Positions 1-6,397 of a DNA stretch of 36,444 nucleotides are shown piece by piece. A program made the translations under genes and the position numbers. Location of the stretch: positions 1-36,444 of IMG/VR virus record IMGVR_UViG_3300045988_155528. One strand, written 5' to 3'. Source of the stretch: a virus. Below the pieces are notes generated by a model. The model saw only the letters and a program-made list of their open reading frames with translations, was not told where the DNA came from and did not search any database. Every line of letters starts with the position of its first letter. The stretch's first letter is position 1.

Positions 1-46
1 CCCTCGGGGAGCGTCTGCACCTGCACGAACGGCACACTGACGCTGA
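1..46. repeat. Terminal overlap identical to 36399..36444 (circularisation or terminal redundancy signature)
   Basis: CCCTCGGGGAGCGTCTGCACCTGCACGAACGGCACACTGACGCTGA is read at both ends of the window. Confidence 0.95.
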
Positions 47-633
47 CGGCGAAAGACACGAGCGGCAAGGCGTTGTTTGTTATTCCCTCCGCCGGAACGT
101 GGACGGTCACGGCGGTCAAGGGCAGCCAGAGCGCGAGCAAGGCTGTAAGCATCACCGCCGAGGGACAGGTCGAGACTGTAACGCTGATGTTTAAGCAGTA
201 TTTGTTTACGAGCGGGGAAGGCGTAGTTGATGACTGGACACCTTTATATGGTGGGTATACGAACGCGGCTGTCACAAGTGAAAAAATGACATTAAATGGT
301 GGTGAGGCTTTCTATTATTCCTCTACCGCAGCCGTTACTTCTAATAACGCAATTGATTTAAGCGGATATAGTAAGCTTGTCGTTGACTTGCAAACGAATA
401 AAGCCGCAACCGATAACGTATACGCCTGGGTCGGGGTCTCGGCAACGAAGTTCACAAGGGGCTCGGAGAGTAGCACCATCAGTATCAGCAATAGCGCGGC
501 TTATACCAAAATCAGCACAACAACTCGGTACGAGATAGAAGTTGATATAGCGGATATAAATACAGGCTATGTTTTTGTGGCATCCAACGGTACAAACATC
601 AATACAACTGCATATAATATTTGGCTTGAGTAA
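1..633 (+). CDS. Tail fibre / receptor-binding protein, C-terminal part (continues the CDS that starts at 36228)
   Basis: Frame 1 is open from base 1 (PSGSVCTCTNGTLTLTAKD...) and matches the frame of 36228..36444 across the 46-nt overlap. The C-terminal roughly 150 aa are beta-rich and end in NIWLE. The stop codon is at 631-633. Confidence 0.75.
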   Translation, partial: PSGSVCTCTNGTLTLTAKDTSGKALFVIPSAGTWTVTAVKGSQSASKAVSITAEGQVETVTLMFKQYLFTSGEGVVDDWTPLYGGYTNAAVTSEKMTLNGGEAFYYSSTAAVTSNNAIDLSGYSKLVVDLQTNKAATDNVYAWVGVSATKFTRGSESSTISISNSAAYTKISTTTRYEIEVDIADINTGYVFVASNGTNINTTAYNIWLE

Positions 634-647
634 GGAGAATATGACAT

Positions 648-947
648 ATGACAATCTACATAGACAACGATTATAAATGCTATGTCTCCGCAGCTGACGG
701 CCGCAGGGCAATTGAAACGGACGCCTTTAACGGCAAGTGTGCAGAGTGGATAGAGAGCTTCCGCTTTGTCCCAGCGGGTGAGACGTGGACACGCGGGGAC
801 GGCGAGGTATTCAAGGGCGAGATGGCGGCCCCGTGGAAGGACTTGGGCAGCGCTTATGCGGCGCAGACGGCGTATGTGGCAGCGCAGAATACACAGTATG
901 AAGCGGCACTGACCGAGATTGAAGCCGCACTGGAGGTAACATCATGA
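648..947 (+). CDS. Hypothetical protein downstream of the fibre genes
   Basis: 99-aa ORF preceded by GGAGAA. It is tightly packed with its neighbours and overlaps the next start by 4 nt. Confidence 0.65.
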   Translation: MTIYIDNDYKCYVSAADGRRAIETDAFNGKCAEWIESFRFVPAGETWTRGDGEVFKGEMAAPWKDLGSAYAAQTAYVAAQNTQYEAALTEIEAALEVTS

Positions 948-1081
948 CCATTGAAGAAAGAAAACAGGCTATTCTTGCCAAAGTTGCCGAGATAAAGCAG
1001 GGCGGCAGCGATGAAGAAAAGCAGGACATGAAAGCTGCATTGGATTTACTTGGTGTGGTCAATGAGGAGGAGACGGCATGA
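944..1081 (+). CDS. Small hypothetical protein (45 aa)
   Basis: The ATG at 944 overlaps the upstream stop (ATGA), and its own stop overlaps the ATG at 1078. This fills an otherwise empty 130-nt gap. It is below the ORF-track size cut-off. Confidence 0.4.
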   Translation: MTIEERKQAILAKVAEIKQGGSDEEKQDMKAALDLLGVVNEEETA

Positions 1082-1515
1082 GCTATCTTTCAAGCGCACA
1101 GAAGCTCCGCGCGGCGATGGACACCGCGGGGAATGCCCTCTCGGACGCGCAGGCGCTCACCTGCAAGCTTATCTATCAGCAGTGGTCTAATCTCATAGGC
1201 ACGACCGCAACGCCGGGACAGCGCTTCCTGCACGGCGATACGCTATACAGAGTTCGCACCGCCGCGTCGGAGCACACCTTCAGCGCCGAGTGGGTGCCGG
1301 GCGTGCCAACCGCCGCACTCTACGAGGCTATAGATGAAGAGCACAGCGGCACGATTGACGATCCTATCCCGTTCACTCAGCCGATGCAGATTTACAATGG
1401 CAAGTATTACAGTCAGAACGGCAAGGTCTATCTCTGCACACGCGACAGCGGAAAGCCGCTCGCGTTCAACCTCGCCGATCTGGTGGGACTCTATGTAACG
1501 GAGGTAACTGAGTAA
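1078..1515 (+). CDS. Hypothetical protein (145 aa)
   Basis: GAGGAGG lies upstream and the gene is translationally coupled on both sides. Confidence 0.7.
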   Translation: MSYLSSAQKLRAAMDTAGNALSDAQALTCKLIYQQWSNLIGTTATPGQRFLHGDTLYRVRTAASEHTFSAEWVPGVPTAALYEAIDEEHSGTIDDPIPFTQPMQIYNGKYYSQNGKVYLCTRDSGKPLAFNLADLVGLYVTEVTE

Positions 1516-1616
1516 TGGACGATGAGAAGACCGACAGCGGCTTGCTGACGGAAGACGCACGCGAGAGCGTAGACCCGACAGGGTGGCTGCTCTCAAGATT
1601 TACGACAGTGACATGA
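1515..1616 (+). CDS. Possible small ORF (33 aa)
   Basis: TAATG overlap with the upstream stop. The ORF ends just before the endolysin RBS. There is no other support. Confidence 0.25.
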   Translation: MDDEKTDSGLLTEDARESVDPTGWLLSRFTTVT

Positions 1617-1626
1617 GGAGGGCACC

Positions 1627-2349
1627 ATGGGAATTATTGACAATGCCGTAACGTGGGCACGGAGGATCGCCGCAGATGATACCCACGGCTACGATCAGGC
1701 CGACCGCTGGGGGCCTGACTACGATTGCAGCAGCCTGGTGATCTCCGCTTTCAGAAAGGCCGGAGTTCCGCTCAGCTGCACTTACACGGGCAACATGCGC
1801 GGGGACATGCTGCGCTGCGGCTTCGAGGACGTGACGGGCAGCGTCGACCTCAGCACCGGCGCGGGACTTGAGCGCGGGGATGTGCTCCTGAACCACGTCC
1901 ACCACACCGCCCTGTATATAGGCGGCGGTCAGCTCGTGCAGGCAAGCATCAACGAGTACGGCACTACGACCGGAGGGCAGACCGGCGACCAAACCGGGCG
2001 CGAGATATACACGCGAGGGTACTACAACTATCCGTGGGACTGCGTACTCAGATACTCAGGGGGAAACAGCGCGGACGATCCGGAGAGCACGCCGGCCGCC
2101 GCGTACTGGCCGCCCCGGCTGCTCCAGTACACGCCGGGGCTCCGGCTCATGGTCGGCCCGGACGTGCGCGCGGTGCAGGCGCTGCTCCTCTGCCGCGGGT
2201 ATAACCTGGACGTCGACGGAGAGTACGGCCCCGCGACTGCCGCGGCGGTCGGGCGCTTCCAGACGGTCTCCGGGCTTGACACGGACAGCGAGTGCGGCCC
2301 CAGAACATGGGCGGCGCTGCTGGCACTTCCGGGAGGTGATGCGGCATGA
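1627..2349 (+). CDS. Endolysin: Cys/His peptidoglycan hydrolase domain (NlpC/P60- or Amidase_5-like) plus C-terminal PG_binding_1 domain
   Basis: The catalytic-type motifs DYDCSSLV and HHTALYIG are present, along with GGQTGDQTGREI. The C-terminus (GPDVRAVQALL...DGEYGPATAAAVGRFQ...GPRTWAALL) is a typical peptidoglycan-binding repeat. Confidence 0.9.
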   Translation: MGIIDNAVTWARRIAADDTHGYDQADRWGPDYDCSSLVISAFRKAGVPLSCTYTGNMRGDMLRCGFEDVTGSVDLSTGAGLERGDVLLNHVHHTALYIGGGQLVQASINEYGTTTGGQTGDQTGREIYTRGYYNYPWDCVLRYSGGNSADDPESTPAAAYWPPRLLQYTPGLRLMVGPDVRAVQALLLCRGYNLDVDGEYGPATAAAVGRFQTVSGLDTDSECGPRTWAALLALPGGDAA

Positions 2350-2395
2350 AATAGGATTACCGGGCAGCTCAACCACAAAACGGAGGACATCTACA

Positions 2396-2653
2396 ATGTC
2401 AGAAGCAATAGTCTGCGCCATCATCGCCGGGATCGTTTCAGTCGTCGGCACCTGGCTCGCGAATCGCAGGAGTCAGGCCGTCTTTCAGGCGGTCATTGAA
2501 ACAAAATTCGAAGAACTCAGCAAGCACGTTGAGAAGCACAATCAGGTCATCGACAGAACCTATGCGCTGGAGACTCAGGCTGCCCTCATGGACGAGCAGA
2601 TCCGGGTCGCCAACCACCGCATAGCTGATCTTGAGGCTTTTCACAAACCGTGA
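2396..2653 (+). CDS. Lysis-cassette membrane protein (N-terminal TM helix plus coiled coil)
   Basis: GGAGGA RBS. The sequence AIVCAIIAGIVSVVGTWLA is a predicted TM helix followed by a heptad-like region. The gene sits between the endolysin and the holin. Confidence 0.6.
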   Translation: MSEAIVCAIIAGIVSVVGTWLANRRSQAVFQAVIETKFEELSKHVEKHNQVIDRTYALETQAALMDEQIRVANHRIADLEAFHKP

Positions 2654-2655
2654 AT

Positions 2656-2672
2656 GTGCCCGAATCGGGCAC
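2656..2672. repeat. Palindrome copy 1: GTGCCCGAATCGGGCAC
   Basis: Perfect 8-bp arms around one central base. The copy extends to a 19-bp palindrome at 2655-2673 and starts 2 nt after the stop at 2651-2653. Confidence 0.95.
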
Positions 2673-2692
2673 AAATCGAAAGGAGTCAAAAC

Positions 2693-2959
2693 ATGGAAAT
2701 AGTAGGCATAGCGAGCGTGGCGGCGATCACCGTCATCGCTTATCTTATCGGCGAGGTAGTCAAGGCAACCGGCCTTGACAACAAATGGATTCCCGTTATA
2801 TGCGGGGTCTGCGGCGGCGCGCTGGGTGTCGTGGGCATGATGATTATGCCGGAGTTTCCGGCGACGGATTACATAACCGCCGTCGCCGTCGGCATCGTGT
2901 CCGGCCTCGCAGCTACCGGCGCGAATCAGATCGTTAAGCAGCTGGGCAAGTCCGAATAA
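2693..2959 (+). CDS. Holin (multi-TM, Hol44 / holin superfamily V-like)
   Basis: AAAGGAG RBS. The 88-aa protein has three hydrophobic segments and a charged C-terminus (VKQLGKSE). The motif DNKWIPVICGVCGGALGV resembles Firmicute phage holins. It lies next to the endolysin. Confidence 0.75.
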   Translation: MEIVGIASVAAITVIAYLIGEVVKATGLDNKWIPVICGVCGGALGVVGMMIMPEFPATDYITAVAVGIVSGLAATGANQIVKQLGKSE

Positions 2960-2969
2960 CTATTAACAG

Positions 2970-2994
2970 GGTCTGACGCAAGCCGCGTCAGACC
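2970..2994 (+). terminator. Hairpin after the holin gene (10-bp stem, 5-nt loop, no U tract)
   Basis: GGTCTGACGC-aagcc-GCGTCAGACC. Confidence 0.35.
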
Positions 2995-3041
2995 GCACAG
3001 GAGGAGCGTTGCCGCGCTCCGGGTTTGCCGGCCGGCATGAT

Positions 3042-3287
3042 ATGACGATATCGGCAGAGCTGCGCGAGCAGCTTTTAAGACCGCACAGCAAGCCCAGTCT
3101 GTCGTTTCCGCGAGAGCTCAGAGAGCAGCTGGAACGCGACTGCGGCTTCACCGATGAGGAGATCACCGTCCTGCGTCTCTGCGGGCGCGGATGGTGCTAT
3201 GCAAGGATCGCCGACGAGCAGCATTGCAGCGTCGAGGTCATCAAGCGGCGGGTGCGGTCGATCAAGAATAAGATAGCGAACTTATAG
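3042..3287 (+). CDS. Small sigma-70 region-4 / LuxR-type HTH protein
   Basis: The sequence FTDEEITVLRLCGRGWCYARIADEQHCSVEVIKRRVRSIKNKI has the layout of a region-4 helix-turn-helix. An in-frame ATG at 3042 is preferred over the TTG at 3009. Confidence 0.6.
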   Translation: MTISAELREQLLRPHSKPSLSFPRELREQLERDCGFTDEEITVLRLCGRGWCYARIADEQHCSVEVIKRRVRSIKNKIANL

Positions 3288-3326
3288 CACAGAACGCAGC
3301 AGGTTTAAGCCTGCTGCGTTCTGTGC
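3287..3326. terminator. Perfect 17-bp-stem hairpin between convergent genes
   Basis: GCACAGAACGCAGCAGG-tttaag-CCTGCTGCGTTCTGTGC. The 3' arm also encodes the C-terminus of the minus-strand gene. Confidence 0.7.
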
Positions 3327-3532
3327 GCTTCGATATCCCTTTTAATGAGCGTCTTAATGTACTCCCCCACGGGCAGCCCCTGTTCTTCAGCAGCGGTCTT
3401 AACAGCGTCCCGAGTGAGGCCGTCGCGGCCGTCCTTCCGGAACTGAATAGTAACGGCGTCGTAGGTCTCACGCTTATGGTTCCGGCGGTACTCGGTGCCC
3501 TCGGTCTCTTCCCAAGTTGATTTAATCGACAT
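3305..3532 (-). CDS. Ribbon-helix-helix-like small DNA-binding protein
   Basis: The sequence TIQFRKD...LTRDAVKTAAEEQGLPVGEYIKTLIKRDIE fits a beta-strand plus two helices. The ATG at 3532 overlaps the upstream gene by 11 nt; a TTG at 3541 is an alternative start. Confidence 0.6.
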   Translation of the reverse strand: MSIKSTWEETEGTEYRRNHKRETYDAVTIQFRKDGRDGLTRDAVKTAAEEQGLPVGEYIKTLIKRDIEAHRTQQA

Positions 3533-3797
3533 CGCTTTCAAAGTCCTTTCCGTCGTCGAACTCGACGCCGTTCTCGACGAGACAGAGCGAGCAGAACAGG
3601 CTGTCGTTAGGCGTGTTCATCATCTGCACGAGGTGGTATCCCTCGACCTTCCGGAGCCTCTGCGCGATGTCTCGCGTGTCCTGCACGCTGATGTGGTTGA
3701 TGCCCAGCTCTGCGGCGGTTTCTCTCAGGGAGACGATGCGCATATCCTGTGACTTCTCGATCATTTTGTTAACTATGGTCGCCTTAAATTCTTTCAT
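3522..3797 (-). CDS. HTH-type regulator (91 aa)
   Basis: AAAGGAG RBS. The sequence SLRETAAELGINHISVQDTRD is HTH-like. This is the first gene of a two-gene minus-strand operon. Confidence 0.65.
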   Translation of the reverse strand: MKEFKATIVNKMIEKSQDMRIVSLRETAAELGINHISVQDTRDIAQRLRKVEGYHLVQMMNTPNDSLFCSLCLVENGVEFDDGKDFESDVD

Positions 3798-3833
3798 TTC
3801 CGTTTCTCCTTTTCTTTTACTTGGGATGGTTTA

Positions 3834-3861
3834 ATTATACCATACCAAGCGCAGAAGTCAA
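3834..3861 (-). promoter_or_regulatory. Sigma-A-type promoter for the 3797-3305 operon
   Basis: On the minus strand: TTGACT, a 16-nt spacer, then TATAAT, about 30 nt upstream of the RBS. Confidence 0.6.
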
Positions 3862-3898
3862 GCATTTTCTTGAAGTTTTTCAAAAAATTTTTCACGCG

Positions 3899-3942
3899 AA
3901 ACGTACACCAAGAGCCGCTCAAACGTACACGTTTGGGCGGCT
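3899..3942 (+). promoter_or_regulatory. Leader element: direct repeat AAACGTACAC x2 plus a 14-bp imperfect hairpin
   Basis: AAACGTACAC occurs at 3899-3908 and 3921-3930. AGCCGCTCAAACGT (3913-3926) pairs with ACGTTTGGGCGGCT (3929-3942). Confidence 0.3.
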
Positions 3943-3980
3943 TTCGTGCATTAGAATATAAGCAGACAGGAGGTGTCTGT

Positions 3981-4340
3981 GTGTACGATTATAACAACCC
4001 CATGATGGGGAGACCTCAGCCGCAGCCCATGACACGGGGCGGCTTTGACAGCGGAGTGATCGTGTTCGTCCCGGCCGTGGAGGATATAGAGCGCGTCCCG
4101 GTCATGTCTGGGGAAAAGGTCTATGTGATGGCCATGAACGACGCCGTTATCGCCTGCCGCACCGGCGGGAATATGGGGACTGAAACAACCTTCTGCAAGA
4201 TGGAGGAGTTCGTCCCAGCACCGGCTCCGAAGCCGGAGGATTATATAACCAAGGCCGATCTTGAGGACATCCTGTCGCGCCTCCTCACGCAGCAGTCAGC
4301 AGGTCAGGCTCCGGCGAAGGGAGGCAAGAAAAGTGAGTAA
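3981..4340 (+). CDS. Cargo protein 1, hypothetical (119 aa, Pro-rich ends)
   Basis: GTG at 3981 lies 7 nt after AGGAGG (3968-3973). The longer TTG-3870 ORF would run through promoter-like DNA. Confidence 0.6.
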   Translation: MYDYNNPMMGRPQPQPMTRGGFDSGVIVFVPAVEDIERVPVMSGEKVYVMAMNDAVIACRTGGNMGTETTFCKMEEFVPAPAPKPEDYITKADLEDILSRLLTQQSAGQAPAKGGKKSE

Positions 4341-4551
4341 TCCCTTTTTCAAAGGGTCGAAAAGCCCCACTTCCGCGCCGTCCTCCTCGCCGCTTGCGCT
4401 GCTCGCAGAGTTCAAGCGTTTTGCAAAAAACGTGACCCCGCAGCAGGCCGAGACGGAGATCAACCGGCTCCTCTCCAGTGGGCAGATGAGCCAGCAGGAG
4501 TTTGAGTATCTCAAGGGTGCGGCCAAGCAGTTTATAACTTTTCTGAAATAA
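4333..4551 (+). CDS. Cargo protein 2, hypothetical (72 aa)
   Basis: GTG at 4333 follows GGGAGG and overlaps the upstream stop by 8 nt. Confidence 0.55.
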   Translation: MSNPFFKGSKSPTSAPSSSPLALLAEFKRFAKNVTPQQAETEINRLLSSGQMSQQEFEYLKGAAKQFITFLK

Positions 4552-4597
4552 ACCGGGTCGACACGGTTTATATAACTCTGAAGAAAGGAGGATCCTC

Positions 4598-5158
4598 ATG
4601 GAGAACTTTTCTCTTTCGGACATCAAGAGCGTTCTCGGCGACGGCGACGGTTTCGGCGGCGGCTGGTTCCTGATCGTCGTGCTGTTCCTGTTCATGATCG
4701 GGTTCGGCCGTAACGGATTCGGCGGACAGAGCGACTTCGGCCAGTACGCGACCGCGGCCTCGCAGCAGCAGATACTGTTCAACCAGCAGTTTGAAGCGCT
4801 CAACCAGCGCCTCGCGAATCTGGGTAACGGCATCTGCAATCTCGGCTACGAGATGCAGGGGAACATCAGCCAGCTCGGCAAGGAGATGGCCCTTGCGCAG
4901 AACGGCACGAACGCGACCATCACGCAGACCGGCAACTCTATTGAGCGCCAGATCTGTAACCTGGGCGCGAGTATCGACGCCAAGTTCGCAGCGCTCGAAA
5001 AGTCGCAGCTTGAGCAGCGCATCTCCGAGCAGGCGGCGCAGATCGCGCGCCTTGAGATGGACAACCGTCTCTTCGGCGTCGTGCGCTACCCGAACGGCTA
5101 TACCTACAACGCGGGCAACTCCCCGTTTTGTGGGGGCGGCTGCGGCTGCTGCGCATGA
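4598..5158 (+). CDS. Cargo protein 3: membrane protein with Gly-rich/TM N-terminus, coiled-coil middle and Cys/Gly C-terminal tail
   Basis: AAAGGAGG RBS. The N-terminal GDGFGGGWFLIVVLFLFMIGFG resembles the tiny YjcZ-type sporulation TM peptide family. The C-terminus is FCGGGCGCCA. Confidence 0.7.
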   Translation: MENFSLSDIKSVLGDGDGFGGGWFLIVVLFLFMIGFGRNGFGGQSDFGQYATAASQQQILFNQQFEALNQRLANLGNGICNLGYEMQGNISQLGKEMALAQNGTNATITQTGNSIERQICNLGASIDAKFAALEKSQLEQRISEQAAQIARLEMDNRLFGVVRYPNGYTYNAGNSPFCGGGCGCCA

Positions 5159-5242
5159 CCCCAGATGATTAACCGCTATTAACAGCGTCAGGCCCGGACG
5201 GCAGCCGCTGTCCGGGCATCACTTATTGAAAGGAGCATTACT

Positions 5243-5683
5243 ATGTCTTGCAATCAGAGACTTAAAAACTCGCACTACAAGAGCGCGCAAAACGCTTACA
5301 ATAATACGCCCCAGGCGTTCATCGCATCGGGCACCCCCGTCAATGTCCTCGGTATCCTTAACACCGATACCGGCTGCTCGCTGGAGACCGTGACGGGCGG
5401 TTTCGTTGTCAATAACGGCGGCCTTTACCGCATCAGCTACGACGTGATCTTCACCGCAAGCGGTGCCGGCGTCGCAGAGCTGAAGGCGCTCAAGGACACT
5501 GTCGCGCTCCCCTGCGCTGATGCGCAGATCACGACCGTGGCCGACAACGTCTACACGCTGCACATTGAGACGACCGTTTACATCCCCGTGTGCTGCAACG
5601 GCACTCCAACCATCAGCGCAGCGATCGGCGGCGTTGCCGGTACAATCAACCATGTCTGCGCCAGCATGGTCAAGCTGGCCTAA
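5243..5683 (+). CDS. Cargo protein 4: beta-rich protein, possibly a C1q/TNF-like (BclA C-terminal domain-like) jelly roll
   Basis: AAAGGAG RBS. The pattern FVVNNGGLYRISYDVIFTASGAG...LKDTVALP...TLHIETTVYI is reminiscent of BclA-type C-terminal domains. This is sequence-pattern evidence only. Confidence 0.7.
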   Translation: MSCNQRLKNSHYKSAQNAYNNTPQAFIASGTPVNVLGILNTDTGCSLETVTGGFVVNNGGLYRISYDVIFTASGAGVAELKALKDTVALPCADAQITTVADNVYTLHIETTVYIPVCCNGTPTISAAIGGVAGTINHVCASMVKLA

Positions 5684-5697
5684 GTTGAGGCTGAACC

Positions 5698-6150
5698 ATG
5701 GGAATCACCTGTGAAGCCCTCGACAAGGAGATAAGCGCGCTCAAGGCCGGGAAGATGACTTGGGACACGGTCAAGCAGCTCAACCTGCTTTTGGACCTCC
5801 GCGCCAAGCTCGGCGACGACGCCGGTCACGGCGAGCGCCTGACCGACGATGAGCTGCGCGCATGGCTCCAGCGGATGGACAATGCCGACGGCTCGACCGG
5901 CCAGCACTGGACAGCGGATCAGACCGCCAGCATCGCCGCGGCGATCGGCGTGACGTTCGACCATGTCACGGCCGAGGAGTTCTGCGCTGCGATGAACATG
6001 ATGTATTCGGATTACTTCCCCGTTGGCGTCAAATACGGCGTCGACCGGCCGGAGTTTTACGCGGATCTCGCCAAGGCGTTCCTGTTCGACAAGGACGGTC
6101 CGGCACCTGCGGAGAAGCTCGCCGAGTACTATCATGAGGTCGTAAAATAG
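5698..6150 (+). CDS. Cargo protein 5, hypothetical (150 aa)
   Basis: The ORF has normal coding character and is followed by the attP region. Contains MDNADGSTGQHWTADQT...MNMMYSDYF. Confidence 0.75.
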   Translation: MGITCEALDKEISALKAGKMTWDTVKQLNLLLDLRAKLGDDAGHGERLTDDELRAWLQRMDNADGSTGQHWTADQTASIAAAIGVTFDHVTAEEFCAAMNMMYSDYFPVGVKYGVDRPEFYADLAKAFLFDKDGPAPAEKLAEYYHEVVK

Positions 6151-6159
6151 GGCTCAAAA

Positions 6160-6208
6160 AGTATCTTGAAAGTATCTTGAGAGAGTCAGTATCTTGGCCA
6201 GTATCTTG
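6160..6208 (+). repeat. Four direct copies of AGTATCTTG (candidate integrase arm-type sites, P arm)
   Basis: Copies at 6160, 6171, 6188 and 6200, all in the same orientation. Confidence 0.6.
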
Positions 6209-6254
6209 AAAAATTGAGGTTATTTGACGAGACTTGAGCAGACCTGAGAAAATG

Positions 6255-6290
6255 AAAAACCCTGTAGTTTCAACGACTACAGGGTTTTTT
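6255..6290. terminator. Bidirectional rho-independent terminator
   Basis: AAAAACCCTGTAG-(9 nt)-CTACAGGGTTTTTT, with an A tract on one side and a T tract on the other. Confidence 0.75.
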
Positions 6291-6292
6291 AT

Positions 6293-6337
6293 TGGAGCTG
6301 CTACCCAGATTCGAACTGGGGACCTCATCCTTACCAA
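6293..6337 (-). other. attP core: 3' half of a tRNA-Thr(GGU) gene (anticodon loop to CCA)
   Basis: The minus strand reads TTGGTAA (anticodon loop, GGT), GGATG, AGGTC, T arm CCCAG-TTCGAAT-CTGGG, acceptor TAGCAGC, T, CCA. No matching 5' half (GCTGCTA, D arm) is found upstream. Confidence 0.7.
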
Positions 6338-6397
6338 GCGGTTGGTTCTCGCGGCTATGTCCATTGAAATTTCAAGGGAGACACCGTTTCTACGCAG

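Noticed and set aside
3870-3980. The TTG-3870 start of the 156-aa ORF
   Set aside because: That extension would be translated from AT-rich promoter and leader DNA (KFFKKFFTRN...) containing the direct repeats and the hairpin. A GTG with a well-spaced AGGAGG lies at 3981.
6293-6370. A complete tRNA gene next to the integrase
   Set aside because: Only the 3' 45 nt (anticodon loop to CCA) fold as a tRNA. The sequence upstream of the anticodon loop cannot pair with the anticodon stem or with acceptor TAGCAGC, so it is an attP core fragment and not a functional tRNA.
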